A DNA stretch of 62,839 nucleotides, taken from IMG/VR virus record IMGVR_UViG_3300044844_000500, positions 1 through 62,839 of that record. The stretch is one strand, 5' to 3'. Position 1 is the stretch's first letter. Each line of letters starts with the position of its first letter. This document shows positions 17,901 through 27,251 of this stretch, one piece after another. A program made the position numbers and the translations under genes. The DNA is from a virus (lineage: Duplodnaviria; Caudoviricetes). The notes under the pieces were generated by a model. That model worked only from the letters and a program-made list of their open reading frames with translations. It did not search any database and was not told the origin of the DNA.

Positions 17901-18517
17901 CCAATCTTGGAGATGAAAGTCGCAATGCGGCCGCCCGTCTGCACCGGCAAGAAGAAGGCCGTCGGGGCAATCGCCATCGACTCGCCAATCGTCTGGCCCA
18001 TGATTCGTAAAGGAAGGTCCTCGGGCCGTGCTTGGGGAATCAAGGGCTTCAAGCCCTGGCCACCGAGATAGCCTGCAAGGAGCCCGGTCCCCGCGCCAAT
18101 GGCTATGCCTGGGAGACCGGCCGGAGCACCGCGCACGGCTCCTGCAAGCATGCCCGCAAAAGGAAGGCCTGTCTCAGCCGCAGCCTCGGACATGCCGTAG
18201 CCGATTTGCTTCAAGCCGCCCATGAATCCGCCTTCTCCGAGGTCTGAAGAGGTCGTATTTAAGAGGCGAAGAAAGGCTGCTTGATCAAACTCGGTGCTTG
18301 GCGCAACTGAAAGCCCGGAGGCATCAGGAGGCACCGGGACCATGGCAGGGCCGGTGTCCGGGGTCGATGGACGACGGAACTGCTGCGCCTGGATGTTGGG
18401 GGCCATGCCCTGCGGCGACGTGCCGGTGGCGGAAGGAGGATAGCGAGGAGTCTCGCGGGAAGGCTCCTCGTCCAAGGGACGCGAGGTGGACTCGAGCAGT
18501 TTTTCAAAGTCATTCAT
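14876..18517 (-). CDS. Large ejection/internal virion protein
   Basis: 1213 aa, Ala/Gly-rich helical; last gene of post-tail operon. Confidence 0.7.
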   Translation of the reverse strand: MNDFEKLLESTSRPLDEEPSRETPRYPPSATGTSPQGMAPNIQAQQFRRPSTPDTGPAMVPVPPDASGLSVAPSTEFDQAAFLRLLNTTSSDLGEGGFMGGLKQIGYGMSEAAAETGLPFAGMLAGAVRGAPAGLPGIAIGAGTGLLAGYLGGQGLKPLIPQARPEDLPLRIMGQTIGESMAIAPTAFFLPVQTGGRIATFISKIGESARKSPGAYLTAESLTSLGSGVGAGLAEGMAPGEALPRLGGSVIGGVLFSAPSSIVQNVIDKTGRGLRAVADAANPLPWVAGPGERFGELRDSATEALRTRQYTRAANTLYDILEQNREDIPALIRALEDPGIEGIPTMTAAQKTGNKTLAGLEARLALGGKDRYAPETLKQGELAFNALRILTRRLSEVGDPEALRLAAEMRETAFNQMLQNRLTAAEADAATKIARIPRVDVAGRRELGDTVKTEVELALQNARMVEGELWRAGLLQVLKGSAVDPDAQAAAAKEAMKTAGMSQKQYDSIEANIRTNPFLREKASQSLEDIEQQLRTTIPPFGPRRSEYLSTIPTRAQRIYNDLNPIRSFLEIEALKKGTGAANPADVVPSNAAQNFLNRTKDISLENFESLPASLRNVMQGLGVNANVWNTYKNGARTVEALETGSVPQQFLPKLKAVNAVDLLSNRSELMNLARTARAQGDNNLAGIYDTVAAGLLDDIGSLNAPLLDEARAFSKALNDTFTRTYANDITAMSGRGAERMTPEMLVRRAFSPSNMDQTTARMTELRGALEFPKRQYEDALQRLGPDNEITIGLKPLAEMADSQLDTLNGAFQSVLLTAATKTMKQQMDPATGQMATRVDPAALTNFVTENKQLLDSLGLTDTLTDAVKAQNAFDLVRLENSALNKTLREQTAFAKVLAGGENPVVAVADALKGKNPVRDFAQIAKLARAGGPEAINGLKASVYEYAYDAAGGAGNFSPKKYLEILYGRAPGEQGPSFQQPSAMNIMRQNGIITLSEQKNIQRLMNPMIRIENGIENNVPLDNFITGAGAIEDLALRIIGSRIGTSAAGSGPGSLIAASAGSKYMRQIFDQLPTLELRRVIEKASQDPAFMAELLKQGRTAREKFEIARKLNSYMISSGLNAVSSIFDEPPPPEPEPFSQPSQSSRMFKQMPPAPSTRGVPGMPQGGQGGGQPPSGPQSQGPSTQSRAMLEQLFPFDTISAMAAQQQQPPPPG

Positions 18518-18530
18518 CGATCACCTCGGA

Positions 18531-21065
18531 TTAGTCTTTCTGGCGAATCTTACCGTTCGGGTGAATGTAGTATGCACCAGAGGGTAGCGCGAGGTAAGCA
18601 TCCATTCCCTCTTTACTGTTGATGATCCGTGGCGGCATGCCCAGTTGGGCGCGGAGGTTCCGGACCTCTTCAAAGTTCGCGGCTGCTTTGCGAATATCGG
18701 CGACGTTCATCGTGGGCGAGTTGTACGACCGGATGGCCCGTTGTTCGAGATTGCCGAGCAGATTGTCCAGGCCCAAGAGCCTGTTGCGGTAGGCAGCCGG
18801 GTTGTCAATCAACTGCGGCAGGGCGTCCAGTTGGTCTTGGATCTGTTTACGCTCACTTTCTGTAAAGCGATCGCCGACCGACAGTGAGCGGTTGATTTGA
18901 TTAGCCGCGAGACGCAGGAAGGTTGTTGCAGTCTGCTCTTCTGGGGCAAGGTTACCGAAGCCCGGGATCTTTGCCGCTGCCGACCCTATGACAGGAACCG
19001 GTCCCGTACCCTTACCCGCAAGATTGAAAAACGTGTTGGCCTGTTCTTCAGGGGTAAGTGAGAAAGGACGCGTGTCTAAAGGCTGACGCCCCGGAGGAGG
19101 CACTGTCCCGGGAGCCGGGGTCGGTGCGCCAGGAGCCGCGCCCGCCGCAGGCGCGCCCATGGTCGGCGCGCCAAGGGGCACTTGGCCGCTTTGCGGAATA
19201 AGATCCTGACGACCGCGAGCGGTCAACGCCGTGACAACAAACTTCGGAAGCGCCGGGACACGACTAAACCGTTCGCCCGTAACCGGATCGGTTGTTGAGG
19301 TCGTGTTGCGGTTGATGTAATCCACCACTGCCGTCTCAAACATCCGATCGCCCTCTTCCCCGAGCGAGCCTGAGGCAAAGCCAGGAGAGAGCTGGTAGAA
19401 GGTGTTGAGCTGGGTTGCAGCCAGCCCCTTGCCGAAGCCGGGCGTTGCGGCCGCTGATGCACGCTCCGCCGCCACTTGCAAGATGGTGGCATTGCGATCC
19501 AGCGCATTCAACCGCGAGGTGAGGTTCTTGTCGTCGGCGATCCGGCCTTGGAGTTCCATCCGCGCCGTCTCGAGCTTGTCACGCAGCGCAAGGCGCTCGG
19601 CTTCCAGCCCTTTCTTGGTGTCGTTGTCCAAGTTCGCGATCTGCAAGCGGCTCTCAAGCTGCTTGTCCAAGCGCTCCATGGCGGCAACTTCTCGGGCCTT
19701 AGCCATATTCTCGGCAGAGCCGATTTTGGCTCGACCCAGCGCATCTTGCATCTCAGCAATGCGTGAGTTCAACGCATTGACTTGGTTGGCCATGTTTTGC
19801 TTGGCTTCCAAGCCCATCGTAGTGGTTTGAATCTTGGTAGCCAAGGCATCGCGCTGACGCTCGGCCTCTGCAATGTTGTTGACCTCGGTCACAAAACGAC
19901 GCGTGTCGTTGGTGGCCTGATTGCGTAGCGTCAAAGCCTCTTGCCTGTTTTTCTCGAGCTCAGATCGCGCGGTCATCGCATCACGCTGCAAGCGTTCCCG
20001 GCGCTCGTCTGTACCCTCCCTGACTGCCTGCCCGGACAACGCTCCCAAAAGCTTGTCCTGCGACGTTTGCAGGCGCTGATTGAGCTCTTGAATACGCTGT
20101 GCTTCCTTCTCCGCCGAACTAAGCGCAGCAGACTTGATTGCGCGCTCGCCTTTCTCAAGCTCCGCGACCCGCGCTCCAATTACACCCGGAAGACCTTGGA
20201 AGGCACCAGCAAGACGCGAGAGCTGACCGCCCCGCATCGGTCGACCCCGCTCATCGACGTTCGCGGCATAGCCAAAGGCCCGCTGCGCGAGATCAAACAG
20301 CATCTGCGATTGCGTAGCCTGCTGGTTCTCCCCAAGCAAACGACGGTAGGTAGGCAGCTTGGCCTCGTAGAGAGACTCAATGTTCGGCACCTCTTGAGGC
20401 TTTTGCCCAAGCGTCGATTCAATCCGTTGCCGCAATAGGTCTCGAACGGCGGGGTTGTACATCGCTGCCGAGGAGGGCTCTTCCGCAGGGGTCACGCCCT
20501 CCTCATCTGACCCCTCTTGAAAACGCTGTACAAACCCACCACGCGCCATGCCAACCGGCGGCTGGCCCGCAGGCGGCCCAGGCGGAGGCCCGGGAGGCGC
20601 TCCCATCGCGCCCGGAGGCGGCATGGCACCGAGCCCTGCTCCGGGGCCCATGGGCGGTGGTCCGGGAGGCATGCCGGGCGCACCACCCGGAGGAGGCATC
20701 ATCGGGGGCTGTGGCCCTTGGGCCATGGGCTCTGACTGGGGAAGCTCGCCGATCCCACCGCCGCCTTGTTGCGCGAGCACGGGTTGCAGCATCGCGAGCA
20801 CCGACTCGGGGGTCTCGGTGGCCGCCGCATAGCCGACGAGGTCAGCAAGCTCTTCACGGCGAGCGTCAATAGAGCGCATGTCACCGCGAAGGTTGTTCAT
20901 GAGGATTTCGGGCGAGTCGGGACGGCGCTCCATCATCTCGCCTTCATCCCGGTCATTGCCTTCCTCGTCGTCGCCCTCGAGATCGTCCTCGAACATGTCA
21001 AGGAAGCCTTGCATGATGCCGACATTGTCAATCGGGGGGTTGCCATTCATTGCCTTGTCTTTCAT
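18531..21065 (-). CDS. Ejection/internal virion protein
   Basis: 844 aa; acidic N-terminus, Pro/Gly/Met linker, MARGG motif, long coiled coil. Confidence 0.7.
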   Translation of the reverse strand: MKDKAMNGNPPIDNVGIMQGFLDMFEDDLEGDDEEGNDRDEGEMMERRPDSPEILMNNLRGDMRSIDARREELADLVGYAAATETPESVLAMLQPVLAQQGGGGIGELPQSEPMAQGPQPPMMPPPGGAPGMPPGPPPMGPGAGLGAMPPPGAMGAPPGPPPGPPAGQPPVGMARGGFVQRFQEGSDEEGVTPAEEPSSAAMYNPAVRDLLRQRIESTLGQKPQEVPNIESLYEAKLPTYRRLLGENQQATQSQMLFDLAQRAFGYAANVDERGRPMRGGQLSRLAGAFQGLPGVIGARVAELEKGERAIKSAALSSAEKEAQRIQELNQRLQTSQDKLLGALSGQAVREGTDERRERLQRDAMTARSELEKNRQEALTLRNQATNDTRRFVTEVNNIAEAERQRDALATKIQTTTMGLEAKQNMANQVNALNSRIAEMQDALGRAKIGSAENMAKAREVAAMERLDKQLESRLQIANLDNDTKKGLEAERLALRDKLETARMELQGRIADDKNLTSRLNALDRNATILQVAAERASAAATPGFGKGLAATQLNTFYQLSPGFASGSLGEEGDRMFETAVVDYINRNTTSTTDPVTGERFSRVPALPKFVVTALTARGRQDLIPQSGQVPLGAPTMGAPAAGAAPGAPTPAPGTVPPPGRQPLDTRPFSLTPEEQANTFFNLAGKGTGPVPVIGSAAAKIPGFGNLAPEEQTATTFLRLAANQINRSLSVGDRFTESERKQIQDQLDALPQLIDNPAAYRNRLLGLDNLLGNLEQRAIRSYNSPTMNVADIRKAAANFEEVRNLRAQLGMPPRIINSKEGMDAYLALPSGAYYIHPNGKIRQKD

Positions 21066-21074
21066 GACGATCCC

Positions 21075-21857
21075 TTAGAAAAGTCCACCACCACCCTGGT
21101 TACCGCCGCCACCGGGTTGATTGGGCCGGCCGAATCCCGGCATAACCGCAGCCGAAAACGTATTGTCGCTGCCGTAGTTTGTAGGCAGAACTTCCGGATT
21201 AGCGTTATAGCTCTGCGGCATAACCGCAGCCATGGCCATTGGCTGCCCCATGCCCGGAGCGCGCTGGTTTGCTCGCTGCATCTTGCCGAACATGTCGGAT
21301 AAAAAGTCCCTCGGGCCTGTCGGCTGCGCAGGCTGTGCCTGTTGGCCCATTGAGGGCGTTTGCGCCATGCCTGGACCTCCTATACCTAAGACGGGAGGCG
21401 GACTTTGCTGGGGCCCACCAAACGGTGCCTGTTGCATGGGCTGCACTTGCGCACGCTGTTGTTGACGTTGGTTAAACACGGCCCTCATGGAACTATACGG
21501 ATTCGAGGGCGGGGTGGGCTGAGGCGTGCCACCAAACCCAACCATGGGCCGTTGACCGCCGTACATGTCAAACCCGCCGCCATAACCACCCATCATCTGT
21601 GGGGGGAAGCCGCCGTAACCACCGTAGCCCATCATCTGTGGAGGAAAGCCCCCACCGTAACCGCCGAAAGACTGCTGCATACTCAACTGCTGGGCCAATA
21701 GTCCTCCCATGCCACCCATGCCAGGGCCATACGGGCCGATTTGCCCCAGCCCTTGTGACATGTCGCCCATGTAGTTGCTGTAGTCCACCGGGCCTGATAG
21801 CCAGTTTTGCTCGGCTTGGGCTTGGGCTGGTCCATAGAGTCCCGGCATAAATAGCAT
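21075..21857 (-). CDS. Low-complexity G/M/P/Q-rich protein
   Basis: 260 aa filling the gap in the operon; AAGGA SD; GGYGGFPPQMM repeats. Confidence 0.65.
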   Translation of the reverse strand: MLFMPGLYGPAQAQAEQNWLSGPVDYSNYMGDMSQGLGQIGPYGPGMGGMGGLLAQQLSMQQSFGGYGGGFPPQMMGYGGYGGFPPQMMGGYGGGFDMYGGQRPMVGFGGTPQPTPPSNPYSSMRAVFNQRQQQRAQVQPMQQAPFGGPQQSPPPVLGIGGPGMAQTPSMGQQAQPAQPTGPRDFLSDMFGKMQRANQRAPGMGQPMAMAAVMPQSYNANPEVLPTNYGSDNTFSAAVMPGFGRPNQPGGGGNQGGGGLF

Positions 21858-21866
21858 GTCAGTTCC

Positions 21867-24800
21867 TTAGAAGAGTTTGATGCCGGCTCGTTGAGCGCCA
21901 GCAGCCGTGGCCAAGCCGCCTAGCCCAATGCCCACCGCCTGCTGGAAGGGGCTGGCAGAGGGCTGGCTTGCCGCTGTGGTGGACATCTGCGAGGACGGCG
22001 CACCGCGATAGATGTCTGACAAGAACGCCGCCTGTTGGTACGGTGCGTAAACCCCTTGCATGGTATTGGCACGCTGCGCATCCAGGATCTGCTGGTTGAG
22101 CGCCTGTTGCGACTGCCCGACGTTGTACAGGAAGTTGACGTCGCCTTGTTGGAGCGCCTGTGCGGTTTGACCGAGCGCTGCCTGTTGCACACCCATCTGG
22201 CCAAGCTGCCCGCCCAACTGCCCAAGGCCCTGCGCAGTGGACTGCCCGATGCCGAACTGTTGCCCGGCCAACTGCCCGATGCCCTGTGCAATGTTCTGGA
22301 ACTGCCCAGCTTGCTGGCCATAGATGCCGGCCTGCGCCTGCCCAGCCTGGACGCGCTGCGCGCCCTGTTGCATGAGCAAGTTGGCGATGTTCTGGTTGAT
22401 CGAGGCCTCCTGCCCCGCAAGCGCGCCCTGCTGCGACGCCAGATTGCCATACTGCTGTGCGGCTTGTTGATACAGCCCGGCTGCTCCCTGCCCCAACTGC
22501 GCTTGCTGCACGCCCAACTGACCAAGGCCCTGGCCCGCTGCAATCTGCTGTTGCGAAAGGTTGCCGTAAAGCCCCGCACCCGCCTGCCCAAGCTGCGTTT
22601 GCTGCACAGCCTGCTGGCCAAGCGTCTGGCCGATGTTGGCCAATTGCCCAGCCGCTGCCTGTCCAAGCTGCGCTCTCTGGGTCTCAAACTGCCCAAGCTG
22701 CGCCCCGCCCTGAAGCCCGAGCTGCGCCCTTTGCATGGCAGTCTGTGCAGCCTGTTGCCCCAGCGCCCCTTGCGCCTGCGCTTGCTGACCGTACAAGCTG
22801 CCAATTCCTGACATCAACTGAGACTGCTGCGCGGCCTGCTGCTGTTGTGTTTGTTGCAGTTGCGCCATCTGCATGGCCGTCTGTGCATCAAACCCCGCCG
22901 CTTGGAACTGCTGTGCTGCTGCCTGCAATCCAAGCTGCGCTTGCTGGCCCGCCAGTTGGCCCGTGAGCCCCGCTTGTTGTGCCTGTAGCTGTGCTGCCTG
23001 CTGCCCAAGTCCTGCTTGCTGTGCAGCAGCACTGATCGCGCCTTGCCCGGCCTGTTGCGTCATGCCCGCTGCCGCTTGGCCCAGCCCTGCCTGCTGTGCA
23101 GCGGTCTGGGTTTGCAATTGAGCGGCCTGCGCCAGTTGCTGGGCGGCGCTCTGCCCGAGCCCTGCCTGCTGCGCGGCAATCGAAGCTTGCAGACCGGCCT
23201 GCGTGCCGAGGGCCTGTGCGCCTTGTTGTTGGAGGGTGGCCTGCTGTGCTGCCGCTGCGGTCTGGGCAGCGCCTGCTTGGCCGAACTGCTGTGCCGCCGC
23301 TTGGCCCAGCCCCGCTTGTTGCGCGGCAATTGAGGCCTGTTGCGTGCCAAGCTGGCCAATGCCTTGGGCTGCCGCTGCTTGGCGTTGCTGCTGTTGCTCA
23401 AACGCAGCCATTGATTGCGCTTGAGCTTGGCTGTAGCCCTGCGACAAAAGGTTTGCAATGGTGCTGGCCTTTTGCTCGAGCAACCCTCGCTCCATCTCCG
23501 CCCGCTGCACGCCCTCACGCGTGCCGCCAAACGCGCCTGCCCGAACCGCCTGTGCTGCCAGCCCTTGCTGCGCGATCTGCCCCTGTCGATTGATCTGGCG
23601 CATCGCCTCGTCGATCACCTGCTGTTGATAGGGGTTCATAAAAGCTTGCGCAGCAGCCGGGTTGTAGGCTTGCGCAGCCCCACCCAATCGGCCGATGCCT
23701 TGTTGGATGGCTTGTTGCGCAGCAGCAAAGCCCGGCTGACGGGCTGCTTGTGCGGCCTGTTGCGCCGCCGTGAACTGTGCGCCGACACCCTGCTGTAGCC
23801 CTGGCTGGAATGCAGCAGCTTGCGCGGCCCGCGCCGCTTCCATGCCGGTTTCTTGTGCGCGCTGAAATCCGGGCTGTGCGGCGGCTTGCTGCGCCCTTTG
23901 CGCAGCAGTCAACGCGGTTTGAATGCCTTGTTGAAACCCTGGCTGACGCGCGGCAGCGGCGGCCTGTTGCGCGCCCCCAAACAGAGCCTGCGTGCCTTGT
24001 ATAAACCCTGGCTGCATGGCCGCGCGCTGTGCCATTTGCACAGCCTGCTGACCTTGCAGCCCTGCCTGCCCAAACCCCGCCTGACGCGTGGCTTGTTGCG
24101 CCATTTCGGCAGCAGTCTGGCCTGTAGCCGTTGCCCCCAACAGCCGTTGTTGCGCTGCGGCAAAGTCAGAGGGCCCAGCACCGGCTGCTGCAAGCCCTGC
24201 CAAATCCAAATACTGGCCCTGTTGCGCGAACCCGGGTTGTTGTGCCGCTGCGGCGGCCTGCTCGGCAGCAGTTCCCGCTTGGCCAAGACTACCCAGCGTG
24301 GTCCGTCGTGCGTCACCAAAGCGTGGTGCTGCGGCTTCGAGCGCCGTAGCAGCTTGGCCCAACAGGCCCTGCGAACCAGTAAAATCGGCCCCTCCCGACA
24401 GCGCAGCCATGCGCTGGGCCTCGGATATTCCCGTGAGCCCTTGACCAATCGCGGCGGTCGCCGGTGCCAGATTCGCTTGGCTTGAGGCGGCTGCCATGTT
24501 TTGCGCAGACGCCAGCGCGCCAATGCCCGTGTCGATATCCTGTCGAGCTGTCCCAAATCGGCCCGTCGTGTCCGACGCAATCGCACGCTGCGCAGCCAGA
24601 TCCAAAAAGCCTGGGACGTACTGGCCCTCAGCGGTGGTATAGCCGGTTGCCGCTTGCAACTGCCCAAGGCCCGACGTTATGCCTGCTGTCGCACCGCCCG
24701 CCTGTTGCATGGCGAGCTGGGCGTCGGTGAACTGGTTGCGGGTATCTGCGCCACGCAGAACATCAGCAGCTTCGGCTGTCGTCCCGATCCCAGCTCCAAG

Positions 24801-25046
24801 CGCTTGATTGGCAGCCGTCATATAGGGGCTGTAGCCGCCTACGCCTTGCGCTTCTGCGGCTTGAATGGCTGCAACCTGGGCCGGAGAAAACCCGGCGATT
24901 TGATACTGCGGGAGCTGCTGGCCAAGCGGCGTTCTACCGCCTACGTTTAGCGCAAGATTCTCCGCCTCGCGCAGCAAGCGCAGCTTATAGTCCTCGATTT
25001 CCTTCGCTTCGCGGACAATCTGTTGCGTGGTGGTGATGTCTGCCAT
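21867..25046 (-). CDS. Gln/Ala/Gly-rich DNA ejection (pilot-like) protein
   Basis: 1059 aa; core FMNPYQQQVID...AGAFGGTR; 23- and 25-aa repeats; hydrophobic C-terminus. Confidence 0.75.
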   Translation of the reverse strand: MADITTTQQIVREAKEIEDYKLRLLREAENLALNVGGRTPLGQQLPQYQIAGFSPAQVAAIQAAEAQGVGGYSPYMTAANQALGAGIGTTAEAADVLRGADTRNQFTDAQLAMQQAGGATAGITSGLGQLQAATGYTTAEGQYVPGFLDLAAQRAIASDTTGRFGTARQDIDTGIGALASAQNMAAASSQANLAPATAAIGQGLTGISEAQRMAALSGGADFTGSQGLLGQAATALEAAAPRFGDARRTTLGSLGQAGTAAEQAAAAAQQPGFAQQGQYLDLAGLAAAGAGPSDFAAAQQRLLGATATGQTAAEMAQQATRQAGFGQAGLQGQQAVQMAQRAAMQPGFIQGTQALFGGAQQAAAAARQPGFQQGIQTALTAAQRAQQAAAQPGFQRAQETGMEAARAAQAAAFQPGLQQGVGAQFTAAQQAAQAARQPGFAAAQQAIQQGIGRLGGAAQAYNPAAAQAFMNPYQQQVIDEAMRQINRQGQIAQQGLAAQAVRAGAFGGTREGVQRAEMERGLLEQKASTIANLLSQGYSQAQAQSMAAFEQQQQRQAAAAQGIGQLGTQQASIAAQQAGLGQAAAQQFGQAGAAQTAAAAQQATLQQQGAQALGTQAGLQASIAAQQAGLGQSAAQQLAQAAQLQTQTAAQQAGLGQAAAGMTQQAGQGAISAAAQQAGLGQQAAQLQAQQAGLTGQLAGQQAQLGLQAAAQQFQAAGFDAQTAMQMAQLQQTQQQQAAQQSQLMSGIGSLYGQQAQAQGALGQQAAQTAMQRAQLGLQGGAQLGQFETQRAQLGQAAAGQLANIGQTLGQQAVQQTQLGQAGAGLYGNLSQQQIAAGQGLGQLGVQQAQLGQGAAGLYQQAAQQYGNLASQQGALAGQEASINQNIANLLMQQGAQRVQAGQAQAGIYGQQAGQFQNIAQGIGQLAGQQFGIGQSTAQGLGQLGGQLGQMGVQQAALGQTAQALQQGDVNFLYNVGQSQQALNQQILDAQRANTMQGVYAPYQQAAFLSDIYRGAPSSQMSTTAASQPSASPFQQAVGIGLGGLATAAGAQRAGIKLF

Positions 25047-25050
25047 GGTT

Positions 25051-27144
25051 TTACGCCTTTACAGCGCCACCTTCCAGCGCTTTCATGAGTTTGTACATGC
25101 GAGCCGCACCCTTGCGTCGACTGCCATTGCCCGCATTGCGTACCGCCTTGGCCGTGAAGACGAACTCTCCGTCAGACAGCATCGCCGGAATGGAGTCGGA
25201 CGTCCCCGTGCCAGGGCCGTTGATCGGGCCCGTTTTACGCGGGAACTCCGTCATCTTCATCTCGCCGCCGCGTGCCCGCTGTACCGGCTCTTGCCCGTAC
25301 AAGAGAGGGATGCCGTACAGGCCGGCTACGTTGTAGGGTTGCGCCACGCCTTGGGGCATGTTCGTGATGCCCGTAGGCATTGACACTGGGGCAGCCGTCT
25401 GCGCCATGCGAGCGTATGCGGGAGTTTCTACAAGAACAGGCCCACGAGGAGCTGGCCCCATCGAGCCCCTGGTCAGCCCGTATCCGTACAAATCCAGCTC
25501 TCGTTGACGGGCTTCAGCGCGTTCTCTCGATTCTTTTTCCTGCTCAGAAATCTTGTACAAGGGTTCTGGCTCGTCCGCAGGCTTCTTAAATGCCCCACCG
25601 GCCGCTGCAACACCAAGGCCGGCCCCCAACAACGGCCCGTACCGCCGCAACAACCCAGCATCCGGTGGCAGCCCAGGACGATCCGGCGAAAGATATTCGC
25701 CGTACAAGTCCTTGGCGCGTTGGATCAACCCCGGTGCCGAAGCGCCGGGCAGCGCCCCGGTGCCGATCGCCGCCTGCTGTGAGGGCGATACGGTATCCAT
25801 CCAACTCAAGTCCCCTTGAGGGGTGGTGGGCGGCGCAAACTGGCTGGGCGGCGGTGTAAAGGGCAATCCACCCGGTTCGCCAGCGGCCGGCAACATGCCT
25901 GCTGCCGTGCCGATCCGTTCGACGCCGCCGGCAGGGCCTGTCGCACCCGGAGCACCCGTTCCGGTAACTGCCGAAGCGGTGGGCGACGCAGGGATGGCAC
26001 CTTCGGCACCGGGCAGCGGCCCTGTGCCAATCGCCGCTTCCTGAGAAGCCGAGGTGACAGGCTGTTGTGGGCCTTGAAGGCCTTGCAACGCACCCGCAGT
26101 CAACCCGGCCATCGCACCCGAACGAAGTGCTTCACCCGGTTTCATGCCCATCACCAAGCCTGCGCCAGTGCCCAAAGCAGCCGTGGTCAGACCGGTGTTG
26201 AGCGCCGAACCGGCGGCTCCTGGCAAGTAGCTGCTCAAGCCCTTCAACGGGCTGCCAAGGCCTCCAAAGTCGCCGCCACCGCCGATGTAGCCTAGCGCAC
26301 CCGAGACCAGCGCATCCTTGATGTTTCCACCCGCTAATAGCGTGGTTCCAGCACCGGCAACCGCCGCCGCAGCCGGCGCGCTCATCAAGCCAAGACCCAT
26401 GGCCCCTGGTCCGAGGACCGTGGCCAACGCAACCGTAGCCAGGACTCGGCCAACCGGCGACTGAACGACCTTTTTGGCGATGTTTACAACGCTTTTGACG
26501 ACTCCGGTTACTGCCCCAACAACGCCTTTGACCAGTTTCTTGATAAAGTATTCAGGCAGCCCTGTATCGGGGTTGATCGTCCCCGATCCACCCATGCGCT
26601 TGAGCATCTGCGCCTCTTCCGGCGTGATGTGCGCAAGCATTGTGTCGCCATGTCGGCCTTTGGACGCCAGATACTGCGCCATGTCCGCTAGGCCACCCTG
26701 GGCCATGGCCATAGGAGCAACAGGCTCGGCCATTGCCGGGCCCATGGTTGCCGCTTGTTCTGCCCCTTGGATTTGACGTGATTTCAGCTCGTTGAGCACC
26801 GCAAGAACGGCGCTCAAAAACTCCATGTCAAACTCTTCGGGCAGGTCCTCTGGATCCACCCCTTCTGCGATCACCTCTTGCCGCCGTTTTTTGTACTCTC
26901 GCGGGCTTTGTAAAAGGTACTCAAAGAGCCCAATGGCGGCGTCTATCTCGTTCGGGGTAAGTTCCATCCCCTGCGAGTTGCGGTCAATCTCGGCACGCAG
27001 ATCTGTAACTGCCTGGGGATCCAACATCCCCATAGCCGTCGTTGCGGCATCATAAGCATCATAGCTGCTGACCGCCTGCGGGGCACGACCGTTGCCTTGC
27101 ATGGCTTCCATTCCGGGAAGCGACATGATGCCTTCATTTTCCAT
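25051..27144 (-). CDS. Ejection/internal virion protein with Gly-rich hydrophobic segments
   Basis: GRHGDT..TINPDTGLPEY and C-terminal GPGTGTSDSIPAMLSDGEFV modules. Confidence 0.75.
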   Translation of the reverse strand: MENEGIMSLPGMEAMQGNGRAPQAVSSYDAYDAATTAMGMLDPQAVTDLRAEIDRNSQGMELTPNEIDAAIGLFEYLLQSPREYKKRRQEVIAEGVDPEDLPEEFDMEFLSAVLAVLNELKSRQIQGAEQAATMGPAMAEPVAPMAMAQGGLADMAQYLASKGRHGDTMLAHITPEEAQMLKRMGGSGTINPDTGLPEYFIKKLVKGVVGAVTGVVKSVVNIAKKVVQSPVGRVLATVALATVLGPGAMGLGLMSAPAAAAVAGAGTTLLAGGNIKDALVSGALGYIGGGGDFGGLGSPLKGLSSYLPGAAGSALNTGLTTAALGTGAGLVMGMKPGEALRSGAMAGLTAGALQGLQGPQQPVTSASQEAAIGTGPLPGAEGAIPASPTASAVTGTGAPGATGPAGGVERIGTAAGMLPAAGEPGGLPFTPPPSQFAPPTTPQGDLSWMDTVSPSQQAAIGTGALPGASAPGLIQRAKDLYGEYLSPDRPGLPPDAGLLRRYGPLLGAGLGVAAAGGAFKKPADEPEPLYKISEQEKESRERAEARQRELDLYGYGLTRGSMGPAPRGPVLVETPAYARMAQTAAPVSMPTGITNMPQGVAQPYNVAGLYGIPLLYGQEPVQRARGGEMKMTEFPRKTGPINGPGTGTSDSIPAMLSDGEFVFTAKAVRNAGNGSRRKGAARMYKLMKALEGGAVKA

Positions 27145-27149
27145 GACAT

Positions 27150-27214
27150 TCCTTTCCTTGACTGGCCAATGGCCCTAACGAGGGCCGCGCGCCGGGAAAG
27201 GACGCGAGATTGGC
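27150..27214 (-). ncRNA. Candidate cis-regulatory 5'-UTR RNA (three-way junction with anti-SD)
   Basis: Three stems read by eye; UCCUUUCC (27195-27202) is the exact complement of SD GGAAAGGA (27150-27157). Confidence 0.55.
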
Positions 27215-27218
27215 TGAG

Positions 27219-27248
27219 ATTATCCGATAGGTCATAGGGCCCTGTCCA
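27219..27248 (-). promoter_or_regulatory. Putative promoter of ejection-protein operon
   Basis: TGGACA-18 nt-GATAAT directly upstream of the structured leader. Confidence 0.45.
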
Positions 27249-27251
27249 CTG

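Noticed and set aside
14876-18517. Lytic transglycosylase or RNA polymerase domain in the largest ejection protein
   Set aside because: No catalytic motifs recognised by eye; a profile search is needed to exclude it fully.
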